Virus record (IMG/VR): IMGVR_UViG_3300045988_098116
Location: 1 to 64,000 of that record
Direction: 5' to 3' (one strand)
DNA: 64,000 nucleotides
Source: a virus
In this document: positions 42,601 through 49,910 of the stretch, one piece after another
Layout of the letters: each line of letters begins with the position of its first letter
Position numbering within the stretch: the stretch's first letter is position 1
Translations under genes and position numbers: made by a program
Notes under the pieces: model-generated
Told to the model about the DNA's origin: nothing
Databases searched by the model: none
The model's input: the letters and a program-made list of their open reading frames with translations, nothing else

Positions 42601-43749
42601 CACGGCGTTTTTGTTGGTGATCTCGTTCAGGCCGTCCATGACGGTCATCAATTCGCTTTCGCTGCCGTTCAGTTTCCACGCCGCGTCTACCGCAAGCAGG
42701 AACTTTGCGGCGGTGTCCTGCGAAATATCACCGATGTTTGCCAGCAGAGTGCCCAGCTCCGCCATGCTGTCCAACTGGTCATCCAGATAACCCGCACGAG
42801 CGAAGGTGGTGTACATGGCGGTTATCTCATCCGCCGTCCTGCCGTATGCGCTGGCGAGACTGTAAGCGTTCTCCTCCAGCTCCTTCATCTGCGTGTTGGA
42901 GTAGTCCGTGACCTTCTGCACGTTGACCATTTCCGTATCAACGTCCTTGAGGGTATTTATCGCCTCGCGAAAAGATCCAATCACCTTGGAGATCATGTCG
43001 CCGAATATCTGCCACGCGGCCATTTTCAGCAGGACTCTGCCAATACTGTCGCCCAGCAGCGAGTTTTTCTTCGCCGCATCCACCGCGCCGTTAGCCAGTT
43101 TGTACACTTCGCCGGTGCTCTCATTGATGGCAAAGGTGAAGTTGTCAGTCGTGCCTTTGGCTCCGTTTACCGCCGCAGAATAGGTCTGGAATACGCCCGC
43201 CGCGTTCCGCACGTTGCCGGTCGCTTTGACCGTTGCGCCGGACATTCCATCCAGCGAAGCTATCCACTCCTTGGCCTCCGCCGCATTGCCGCTGAACGTT
43301 CCGATGTTGGTTCCCATTGAACCGAGAACGTTCTGTATCTTCTGCGCTTCCGCTGCGGCTCTGTTCGCTTCAGCGTCCTGCGCTTTCTGTGCCGCCTCCT
43401 GTGCTTTTGCCTGTACCTGTGCGGCACGTTCAGCAGCCTTCGCCACCTTTTCGTAGTTCTGGGTGACTTTCTCCTGCGTGACTTCCAGATTTCCGGTTTC
43501 CTTGTTCAGCCGCCGCGTAACCTGTACCGTTTCGCCAAGTTTGCTGTTGTACTGCTGCACAGCTCCCGTCAGCTGTCCGCCACCATCGAAGGTCTGCGTC
43601 ATCTTGGAGAGGTTTTGCGATGTGGCTTTTATCTTTGCTATGACCGGCGTAGTGTCTATGTCGATCTTTATGGGTGTAGACTCCAGCCCGGAGATCGCGC
43701 TTTTCAGTTCAGTAAAGTCGGGCTTTGCCGTTACCTTAAAAATCGCCAT
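39619..43749 (-). CDS. tail tape measure protein (1376 aa)
   Basis: Length, long alpha-helical/coiled-coil composition, internal hydrophobic segment and Gly-rich C-terminal region. ACGGAGGT RBS. Confidence 0.9.
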   Translation of the reverse strand: MAIFKVTAKPDFTELKSAISGLESTPIKIDIDTTPVIAKIKATSQNLSKMTQTFDGGGQLTGAVQQYNSKLGETVQVTRRLNKETGNLEVTQEKVTQNYEKVAKAAERAAQVQAKAQEAAQKAQDAEANRAAAEAQKIQNVLGSMGTNIGTFSGNAAEAKEWIASLDGMSGATVKATGNVRNAAGVFQTYSAAVNGAKGTTDNFTFAINESTGEVYKLANGAVDAAKKNSLLGDSIGRVLLKMAAWQIFGDMISKVIGSFREAINTLKDVDTEMVNVQKVTDYSNTQMKELEENAYSLASAYGRTADEITAMYTTFARAGYLDDQLDSMAELGTLLANIGDISQDTAAKFLLAVDAAWKLNGSESELMTVMDGLNEITNKNAVDMEALTSGITVAGSVFAEAGESVQTFSALVGAGVAATQRSGSEISRGLRTIVMNIRQIKGETEDGELIDGESIAKASNALREYAGISTMANGQLRESSAVLSDLAGKWDTLDTVAQSAIAEALAGKRQANILTALMGNWDTVEKMMQDYADGAGSALRENEIYLDSWEAKSKQLTASWTEFVSHLVETDTIKGALDGVIGLVEMLDTDFGRAVVTAGAVSAALVGVVAAINAIKKAATALSLGSLNPWVLGIMAAGAAIGVVLEVVKASQKSIADFDAEIADANDKLQTNKTRLEEINAMPWNERTSEILNEKAALEKENEELEKQLDLLDEERKKKADKETGDNFIFHTGEYKTEEEFVGTVTPVTVTTEITRSGENAYKVATEQLKAFANQLDKTGEIADEQRAHFDSMNAEIATQVEWLRVLEANGESLTDEQKNMIAAYEELQQAFDRAVNGQELLVEAYNKVAQSTALTESEYQRLISLYPQLASAATQTADGYIIQKTALENLMSAEVRQQAESQRVVNGLLAEAQQAGYTGKALYDLVAAQITASKTNLNFSQQIAALQALGYQAGLTAAQMNAVFGTNMSSADQVRNRERTIQAYMQQGMGRKQAEAKYLSEMQRYLSWSIGNTTSKVTSGGGGYGGGSSGSSAAKKKYQDEIDALEKQRDAELAAIDAQINALKKQNEEIDRAEKLEELRLEVMRKQDALLNARNERTVRMYNAESGQWEWIADPEKVKQAEEDLADAKKDLRDYEREMELDLAIEELEARKKAIEAAYQLKIDALEEYINALRETVEQEKIILEDEVAANEKAAAKIAAARAAAAAGAVGGAAAGALGGGSEKSPAADSALSGVIAGAIGGSVGKSSVVSGSIIGAVSGGRKKKYDSGGVLHGLGGIKATVDDEMVLPPDVTAKMLKPSADARFRARVNELGGLYGETPVSRSVAGDSDNRSYSDHSGPTYNVKGITLTEQQAEHLTVAQMCRMAHNVKPYGG

Positions 43750-43768
43750 ACGCTACCTCCGTTTTGTC

Positions 43769-43797
43769 TTGCATTGTCTTTATATTTGTGGTATAAT
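43769..43797 (+). promoter_or_regulatory. Sigma-A promoter with extended -10 for the plus-strand cassette
   Basis: TTGCAT-N17-TATAAT with TGG immediately upstream of the -10. Confidence 0.65.
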
Positions 43798-43821
43798 TTC
43801 AGGTGAAAGGAAGTGATTTTT

Positions 43822-43965
43822 GTGTCTGAGAAAACCGAGTCTTACACGTTCCGCATCCCCTCTGACTTGCGGGAGAAATTGGAACTCCGCGCCGCTAATG
43901 AGGGGCGTTCCCTGTCTAACCTCATCATCTTCCTGTTGAAAAAATCCGTTGCCGCAAAGGGGTGA
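43822..43965 (+). CDS. Arc-like ribbon-helix-helix protein (47 aa)
   Basis: Hand-translated VSEKTESYTFRIPSDLREKLELRAANEGRSLSNLIIFLLKKS. Matches the Arc/Mnt pattern. GTG start after GAAAGGAAGTGA. Confidence 0.6.
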   Translation: MSEKTESYTFRIPSDLREKLELRAANEGRSLSNLIIFLLKKSVAAKG

Positions 43966-43969
43966 TCTC

Positions 43970-44182
43970 ATGGATTTCTTTGAAAGCATGGCCTTGTCTG
44001 GCGGCGATCCCGCGGTGGCTGCCGGTATGCACACAGCCGCCAATTCATCTCCCGAACGTCCTGCACCCGCTGGGCGCCGCGGTCCTCCGCCTCCCGGTGT
44101 GACAATTCCCCCGAACGCCTACGCCATTTACTCTCGTTCCGGGAAGTATCTCGGCTGGGCTTACCATGAGGAGAAACTATGA
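43970..44182 (+). CDS. small Pro/Gly-rich hypothetical protein (70 aa)
   Basis: ATG after AAGGGGTGA. The C-terminus (YAIYSRSGKYLGWAY) resembles a degenerate GIY-YIG first motif. Confidence 0.4.
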   Translation: MDFFESMALSGGDPAVAAGMHTAANSSPERPAPAGRRGPPPPGVTIPPNAYAIYSRSGKYLGWAYHEEKL

Positions 44183-45111
44183 GCAGCGGCATCTATGGCA
44201 TCCACAACCTCGTCAATGACAAGTGGTATGTGGGTCAGGCGGCAAACATCCGTATGCGTTGGAACGCTCACCGGAGTTTGCTTTCGCGGGGCGCTCGTGA
44301 TTCCATCCACTTGCTTCGCGCATGGAGAAAGTACGGTGCCGATGCCTTTGAATGGGTAGTCCTTGAAGAGTGCCCTGTGGAAGAACTTGATCAAAAGGAA
44401 ATTGAGTGGATCAATAGAAAAGACTCATATCGTAACGGCTATAACCGCACCGTAGGGGGCGGCGGTTGCCGGGGGTTTTCGATGCCCGAAAGCGCAGTAC
44501 AATCCAAATCAGAAATTACTAAGGCGTATTGGGCAGACCCTGTTCACCGCGAGTTTCGCTTGGCTCGTATGCACGAGACTATGACTACTCCCGAATACCG
44601 AGCCAAATTGTCCGCCGCTGGTCAGCGGAATTGGAACGACCCCGCTTTCCGCGATGAATCCTTACGCCGTATGCAGGACGGCGCTCGTGACCCCGAGAAG
44701 AAAGCTAAACGCTGCGCGGCTATTGCCGCTTCTCTGCAACGCCCATCTACCCGCGTTCTGTTATCTGAAAGTTCTAAAAAGAACTGGCAGTCTGAAGAAT
44801 ATCGGGCGAAAATTTCTGCCAAACGTTCGGAGTGGTTAAATGATGAGTACCGGGAAACTATCAGGCAGAAATCTCTTGCCCGTTGGCAGGACCCTGCGGA
44901 AAGGGCCAAAATGTGTGCCGGGGATTCTCGTGCTGCGCGGAAGCGTGCGCCCCGCGTTGTGTTGGTTGAAACCGGTCAGGTTTTCGAGTGTGCCGCCGAG
45001 GCGGCGGAGTTCCTTGGGCTGAAAAATCACTGCCATATTGGTTCCGTGTGCCGTGGTAAGCGGAATGTGGCCTACGGCTACCACTGGCGCTACGCAGACC
45101 CGGAAGATTAA
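44179..45111 (+). CDS. GIY-YIG homing endonuclease with NUMOD-like DNA-binding repeats
   Basis: SGIYGIHNLVNDKWYVGQA...R...H...EWV...E...NGYN. Repeated ...YR.K.S.. modules. C-terminal HTH-like VFECAAEAAEFLG...YGYHWRY. GAGGAGA RBS. Confidence 0.85.
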   Translation: MSSGIYGIHNLVNDKWYVGQAANIRMRWNAHRSLLSRGARDSIHLLRAWRKYGADAFEWVVLEECPVEELDQKEIEWINRKDSYRNGYNRTVGGGGCRGFSMPESAVQSKSEITKAYWADPVHREFRLARMHETMTTPEYRAKLSAAGQRNWNDPAFRDESLRRMQDGARDPEKKAKRCAAIAASLQRPSTRVLLSESSKKNWQSEEYRAKISAKRSEWLNDEYRETIRQKSLARWQDPAERAKMCAGDSRAARKRAPRVVLVETGQVFECAAEAAEFLGLKNHCHIGSVCRGKRNVAYGYHWRYADPED

Positions 45112-45647
45112 TCCCAATCGTCCTCTTCCCGTATCATCCCGGTATCTTCCGCCAGCTCCAGTGTGGGGTCCGCTCCGTTCATGGCCCGCACCAGTGTTTC
45201 TTCCGCCCTGCCGTCCAGCATCTCCTCCACGAAGTTGCGGAAAAAGGGTCTGTTCTTTGGCCGTCTGCCCCAGTTGTACGCGGGGTCGTTTTTCTCGATC
45301 CGGTTCACCAGGTCGTCCCCGTCCACATGGGGGGTTATGGGTTCTCCGTTGCCGTCCGTTGCGCCGCTGGGGTGATACAGCAGCGTCAGGTTCATGCCGC
45401 CGTCCCGCTCATCCGAATACACCGTGGCGCTGGCGTTCATGTCCGCCAATCCCTTCGTGCCGCGCCGGCGCACATACTCCTCCGGCACCAGCTTGTCGTA
45501 TACGTCCTCTACCACGTGCTCCCGCAAGCACTGCCGCATTTCCTCCGCCAGTGCGGGGCGCGATGCGCGAAAGGCATCCTTTACCTGCTTTTCCAACGCC
45601 GCCATGTCCTGCTCAAACCCGCTGAACTGCCCCACCAGCTTCGCCAT
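45108..45647 (-). CDS. hypothetical protein between the major tail and tape measure genes (tail chaperone position)
   Basis: 179-aa ORF. Called on synteny only. Confidence 0.55.
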   Translation of the reverse strand: MAKLVGQFSGFEQDMAALEKQVKDAFRASRPALAEEMRQCLREHVVEDVYDKLVPEEYVRRRGTKGLADMNASATVYSDERDGGMNLTLLYHPSGATDGNGEPITPHVDGDDLVNRIEKNDPAYNWGRRPKNRPFFRNFVEEMLDGRAEETLVRAMNGADPTLELAEDTGMIREEDDWD

Positions 45648-45711
45648 GTCTCGCGCCTCCCCTCTCTCACATACGCCAATGCGCTGTCTTGCTTCAGCGC
45701 ACTCGCGTCTG

Positions 45712-45749
45712 CCCCCTCCCCCGCCTTGCGGCAGGGGAGGGGATTTTTT
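45712..45749. terminator. GC-rich hairpin directly 3' of the major tail gene; T-tract on the plus side
   Basis: CCCCCTCCCCCGCC-TTGC-GGCAGGGGAGGGG followed by ATTTTTT. Minus-sense loop is GCAA. Confidence 0.5.
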
Positions 45750-45756
45750 GTTGTCG

Positions 45757-46872
45757 TCAGGCTTCCTTCACGCTCACAGCGCACTGGTCGGTGTAGGTCG
45801 TGTCCTCGTACACAAAGGTCACGGTCATGTCGCAGTCGCCAGCAGTGGCTCCTGCGGAGATCAGTCCGCTTGCGTTCACGGTGGTGCCGCTGGGTGCGCC
45901 GTTCAGGCTGTAGGCGCACTTGGCAGGATCCAGCACCGCCAGCTGGCCGTTCTCCAGCACCGCCTGGGGCTTCACCTGCGCCGTGCCGCTGACGGGGACG
46001 TTGATAACGCCGCCGATGGCGGTCACGATGCCCGTCACTACCTCAGCGCCGTTGTCCGGCACGTACACGTACCAGCCCAGGGTGCCGCCGGCGCAGTCCT
46101 CGCACTTGTCAGAGATCACGCTCTCGTCCGTGCTCAGTGCGCGTCCCACGATCTGCGTGGTGTCGTAGTTGCTCTGGCTGCCGGTCACGGTGGCGGTGTC
46201 CGCCTGCAGCTTCAGCGGTACGTTGATGTACAGCCAGCCCTGGCGGGTTCCCTCGTTGGTCTTGGCGTTTACGTTGCCGTACACCGCCAGCTGGGCGGTG
46301 AAAAGGCCCACCTTGCCGTTCATGCCGGTGTTCAGCTTGCCGCACATGGCGCTGAGCTTGTTCACGAAGTACCACACCTTGTACTCGGTGCCGCTCACCG
46401 CGGTAAAGCCGCTGATGGTGCCGTCCGCCGCGATCTCATAGGCGATGCCTCCCTGCTGGATGCCGGAAGCCTTCTTGGTCTCCTGCACATAGGCGTAGGG
46501 CTTTGCCATCGCATACTGCGCCACAGGGGCGCCGTCGGTCACGTCCACCTTCAGCACGGTGCTGTTTGCTGTCACCACCTGGCACACCGGGGCCACAGCG
46601 TTGTAGGTCACAGCGCCGCCCACGCCCGCCATCTTCGTCCGCAGGTCGAAGTTGGCCTGAGTGAAGTTCACCTGGATGTCCGGGTCGCTCTCGATGATGG
46701 TGGCAATGCCGTTGTTCAGTCCGGCACGCAGGGGATCGCCGTTCACGGTCACGGTGATGTTGCCTTCCTGGAACTTATTGCTGCTCAGCAGGATCTGACC
46801 GGTTTCCATGTCGGCGAACTGTGCAGCGCAGATGCCGCGGGTATACAGTCTCGGATCGGTAAAAGTAATCAT
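45757..46872 (-). CDS. major tail protein with C-terminal Ig-like (Big_2-type) domain
   Basis: Start at MITFTDPRL with AAAGGAGTG RBS. Position upstream of the chaperone and tape measure. C-terminal AYSLNGAPSGTTVNASGLISAGATAGDCDMTVTF. Confidence 0.6.
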   Translation of the reverse strand: MITFTDPRLYTRGICAAQFADMETGQILLSSNKFQEGNITVTVNGDPLRAGLNNGIATIIESDPDIQVNFTQANFDLRTKMAGVGGAVTYNAVAPVCQVVTANSTVLKVDVTDGAPVAQYAMAKPYAYVQETKKASGIQQGGIAYEIAADGTISGFTAVSGTEYKVWYFVNKLSAMCGKLNTGMNGKVGLFTAQLAVYGNVNAKTNEGTRQGWLYINVPLKLQADTATVTGSQSNYDTTQIVGRALSTDESVISDKCEDCAGGTLGWYVYVPDNGAEVVTGIVTAIGGVINVPVSGTAQVKPQAVLENGQLAVLDPAKCAYSLNGAPSGTTVNASGLISAGATAGDCDMTVTFVYEDTTYTDQCAVSVKEA

Positions 46873-46894
46873 TCCGCTTTCACTCCTTTTTGAT

Positions 46895-46937
46895 ATAAAA
46901 AATGGAGGCAAAGCCCCGGTTTCCCGTTGGCTTCGCC
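46895..46937 (-). terminator. Hairpin plus T-tract (minus sense) just upstream of the major tail gene
   Basis: Minus sense GGCGAAGCC-N13-GGCTTTGCC followed by TCCATTTTTTAT. Confidence 0.4.
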
Positions 46938-46983
46938 CCACTTGGCGTTCCGCCCTGCCCGCTTGCAGGGCCTATTCCCTTCT

Positions 46984-47790
46984 CTATGCCTGTCCCATGC
47001 CACGTGTCGCTTCCTCCACGGGCCGCAGTGCCGTGTTGCCGTCGCTTCCCCGGTCATAAAACAGGCTCGGCCACGGGTTGCCCCGTTTCCACTGTGTTCC
47101 TCTCGCCTCCGCGATGGTGCAGGTCATGTACCCCAATATCCGCTGCCACGTTTTTGCTTTCGTTTGCAGCTTCAGCAGTGGCCACGACTCTATTTCCGTC
47201 TCCTCCGCGTGTTCCAGCGCGGCCACCGTCGCCACCCGTTCCCACGCATCTCCGCTCAGTTTTGCGCCGCCGTTCATCTCCGCCAGCTCCCGCTGCGCTT
47301 CCACCAGTTCCGGGTTGGCCTCCGGCGGCGTCAGCTCAATTCCGTTCTGTGCGGCGATGATCTCCCGAAGGTACTGGAACTGCGCCGGCGTAATGCGCCA
47401 CAGCTCCTCTCCGTGCAGCACGAACTCCACCGCCGTCAACCGGCTGGGGTCTTTCGTGTCCACCTTGCAGCGAAACGCCTTCAAGCGCTCGTCCAACGGC
47501 TTTCCTCTCCCCAGCCGCAGGGAGAGCGCCAGCATCAAAAGCGCCCTTGACAGCAGCCCCACTGTCTCCTCTCCGCGCCCCATCGCGTCGTACTCCATCT
47601 TGTAGTAGGCCGCCAGCAGCGGCATCACAGCATACGCCACAGGGAGGCTCTGCTGCACGATGTCAATGCCCGGTCGCGCCAACTCGAATGTCTCCATCTC
47701 CTCCACAAGGATGGGGTACAGCGTCAGTCCCTCCGCCTGTACTTCCTCGTACCTGCGGCAGGCCCTTTCTATGCTCTGTGAGATCGGCAT
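46984..47790 (-). CDS. hypothetical structural-module protein (268 aa)
   Basis: ORF in the late operon. Confidence 0.6.
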   Translation of the reverse strand: MPISQSIERACRRYEEVQAEGLTLYPILVEEMETFELARPGIDIVQQSLPVAYAVMPLLAAYYKMEYDAMGRGEETVGLLSRALLMLALSLRLGRGKPLDERLKAFRCKVDTKDPSRLTAVEFVLHGEELWRITPAQFQYLREIIAAQNGIELTPPEANPELVEAQRELAEMNGGAKLSGDAWERVATVAALEHAEETEIESWPLLKLQTKAKTWQRILGYMTCTIAEARGTQWKRGNPWPSLFYDRGSDGNTALRPVEEATRGMGQA

Positions 47791-47963
47791 ATCAGCTCTT
47801 TTCCTCCCTCACGAAACACCTTTACGATAATAGCCTTGACTTCATTTCCCGGCTCCAGCACCATGCACCGGCAAACTTTTTTCCATTTTTCATCCATAGC
47901 AAACGTAGCCAGCTTTCCGCAGTACGGACACGTTGCTGTTTTATAGAAAATTACTCTGTTCAT
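47769..47963 (-). CDS. small zinc-binding hypothetical protein
   Basis: CPYCG...CRC. 64 aa. Confidence 0.5.
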   Translation of the reverse strand: MNRVIFYKTATCPYCGKLATFAMDEKWKKVCRCMVLEPGNEVKAIIVKVFREGGKELICRSHRA

Positions 47964-47997
47964 AATTTCTATACTCCTTATTGATTATGCAGTTTTC

Positions 47998-48300
47998 TTA
48001 TAAATGGATTCCCGCCTGTACCAGCAGCGCCGTCACCGCGCCGCCCAGTACCAGCCACACCAGTTTCTCTACCACGTCGTTCCACCGCTTTGCCGGCAGG
48101 TTCGTCAGGCTCTTTACGTCCTTCTTGACCTCCGACAGGTCATCCCGCATATTCTTCTGTTCCCGGGTCATCAGCGCCACCGAGGTCGCCAGTTCGTTCA
48201 TCGCTTTCTGCCACTCGGCCAGCTCGTTTATGCGGTGCGTGTTGCTTTTGCTCCGCTGTTCCACCTCCGTCAGCCGGTGGTCAAAAGTCACTTCATCCAT
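47998..48300 (-). CDS. coiled-coil protein with C-terminal TM helix (XhlA-like topology)
   Basis: Start at MDEVTFDHRLTEVEQ with GGAGGG RBS. C-terminal LVWLVLGGAVTALLVQAGI. Confidence 0.5.
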   Translation of the reverse strand: MDEVTFDHRLTEVEQRSKSNTHRINELAEWQKAMNELATSVALMTREQKNMRDDLSEVKKDVKSLTNLPAKRWNDVVEKLVWLVLGGAVTALLVQAGIHL

Positions 48301-48320
48301 CTGCGCCGCCCTCCGTTCTC

Positions 48321-49016
48321 TCAGAATGTAGTCACGACGCTTTCTTCGTCGCTGTCCGCCCAAGCAAGGCTCATGTGTACGCGCCGTCCCACGTTCATTC
48401 CCTGGTCGTATATGGCATGGGATCCGTTGTCCGTATGTGCCCCTCTGTCAAAGGTCATCACCCCGGCTCCGCCTATGTTCACGCCGTTCAGTGCCTCAAT
48501 GATGCACTGCTCCATGTCATAGCTGCGGGAGTAATCGTCCGTCCGTGTGGTGGTCTCGTGTCCGTAGTTGCACAGTATGTCGAAGTATATTCCTACCGCC
48601 GCTGTAAAGGGTGTCTTTGGAATCACCCGCCCGATGTACACCTTTACCACCGTCTGCGCCATGCTCTGCGCCTGTCCCCAGTATTCCAGCGGGAATAGCC
48701 TGTACCCCTTGGGGTGCTTTGCCTTCTGCTCCTCCGTGTCCACCGCCGGCGACTCACCGTCAAACACAATGCTCAGCTTTTCCTCCGCCGTGGGCAGGGG
48801 CTGGGCCAGTGGGTTCGCCCCGTCGCAGCAGATGTACTTCATCAGCCGCACCCTGGGTCTTGCGTTGTCGTCCACGGGCGTGTACCCGTTCCTGTCCGGC
48901 AGGTCCAGCAGGTAGTTCACGATCTTTTTCGGTATCTTCTCCGCACCCTTAAAGGTGCCGTAACCGGTTTCCACACGCTCAAATGGATAGTAGGGGCTGT
49001 CGAAATCTGTGTTCAC
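48321..49016 (-). CDS. hypothetical structural protein (231 aa)
   Basis: GTG start after GGGGTGAGGG. First gene after the 106-nt internal intergenic region. Confidence 0.6.
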   Translation of the reverse strand: MNTDFDSPYYPFERVETGYGTFKGAEKIPKKIVNYLLDLPDRNGYTPVDDNARPRVRLMKYICCDGANPLAQPLPTAEEKLSIVFDGESPAVDTEEQKAKHPKGYRLFPLEYWGQAQSMAQTVVKVYIGRVIPKTPFTAAVGIYFDILCNYGHETTTRTDDYSRSYDMEQCIIEALNGVNIGGAGVMTFDRGAHTDNGSHAIYDQGMNVGRRVHMSLAWADSDEESVVTTF

Positions 49017-49067
49017 GCCCTCACCCCGCTTTCCGTTTTCCTAATTGTTTCACATGAAACATTGTAT

Positions 49068-49124
49068 TATTCGTTGCGTTTTTGATATTTTTGCAACTTT
49101 TATTTCCGTTGCGTTTTGAATATT
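49068..49124 (+). repeat. Two tandem copies of the TYCGTTGCGTTTT(T)GATATT element; the second is an exact 24-mer copy of 25896-25919
   Basis: 49068-49089 TATTCGTTGCGTTTTTGATATT and 49101-49124 TATTTCCGTTGCGTTTTGAATATT. Adjacent inverted repeat GTTTCA-CA-TGAAAC at 49049-49062. Confidence 0.7.
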
Positions 49125-49680
49125 ATTTTGTTCCCTTCTGCACCTGTTCCGCCAGCTCCACCAGCTCCTTCATGCTCTCCGGCGTCATGGCCGCCGCGCT
49201 GCTCATGGCCATCCGCGCCACCACATCGTTCATCACCGCCAGATTGGCGTTGATCTCCGTGTTCAGCATCTTCTCCAGGTCCCGGTAATCCGCCAGCAGG
49301 TCATACGCCTTGTCCCGCAGGGCGTCGCTCTGCTTCTTCATCCGGTCGATCTGGTTGACCAGCTGCACACCGCCCACCAGGTCGTAGTCGTCGGCGCTCA
49401 TCAGCCACTTGTCCTCCTCGCAGCCCTCAAAATCCAGCCGCAGATACGCCCGCGACAGTATGCCCATCAGGTAGCGCCGTTTCCGCTGTCCGTTCTCCCG
49501 GTACATGGGCGGCACGTCGCCCCGGAAGCGCTCCCCGGTATCCACCACCACCCGGTCAATGCACCTCTCCGCGCAGTGGCTCACGATGGCCGCCTTCTCC
49601 ATCAGCGGCACATAAGCGTTGGCCTTGGCGAATACCTCCTTCATGGTAATGGGCTTGCGCTCTTTAATGCTGTTTTCCAT
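49123..49680 (-). CDS. hypothetical structural-module protein
   Basis: Start at MENSIKERK with AAAGGAGCAGGAGAG upstream. The ATG at 49704 is an alternative. Confidence 0.6.
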   Translation of the reverse strand: MENSIKERKPITMKEVFAKANAYVPLMEKAAIVSHCAERCIDRVVVDTGERFRGDVPPMYRENGQRKRRYLMGILSRAYLRLDFEGCEEDKWLMSADDYDLVGGVQLVNQIDRMKKQSDALRDKAYDLLADYRDLEKMLNTEINANLAVMNDVVARMAMSSAAAMTPESMKELVELAEQVQKGTK

Positions 49681-49725
49681 CTCTCCTGCTCCTTTCAGAT
49701 TCATAATGGAAATTCCCTCACGTAT

Positions 49726-49905
49726 TTACTTTTTCTCCATACAGCGCAGTGAGCAGTGCCGCCACTGCGCTGCGTTTTCGTACCGTCCGCTGTCCGGGCA
49801 GTGGTACTGGTAGCAGCAGAAGTCGTGCTCTCCCGTCTGCTTCCTGCACCGTATGATGATCTCCCCTACCTTCCGGTAGGCGCTCTCACATATCGGCTTT
49901 GCCAT
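49726..49905 (-). CDS. small Cys-rich protein (59 aa)
   Basis: MAKPICESAYRK...CCYQYHCPDSG...CSLRC. C-terminal part of track ORF 49726-50328, whose N-terminal part is a shadow of the next gene. Confidence 0.45.
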   Translation of the reverse strand: MAKPICESAYRKVGEIIIRCRKQTGEHDFCCYQYHCPDSGRYENAAQWRHCSLRCMEKK

Positions 49906-49910
49906 CGTTC

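Noticed and set aside
44836-45117. Minus-strand ORF overlapping the end of 45108-45647, considered as a frameshifted chaperone extension (G/GT-like).
   Set aside because: It lies antisense to the well-supported C-terminus of the GIY-YIG gene, its composition is not protein-like, and I saw no slippery heptamer.
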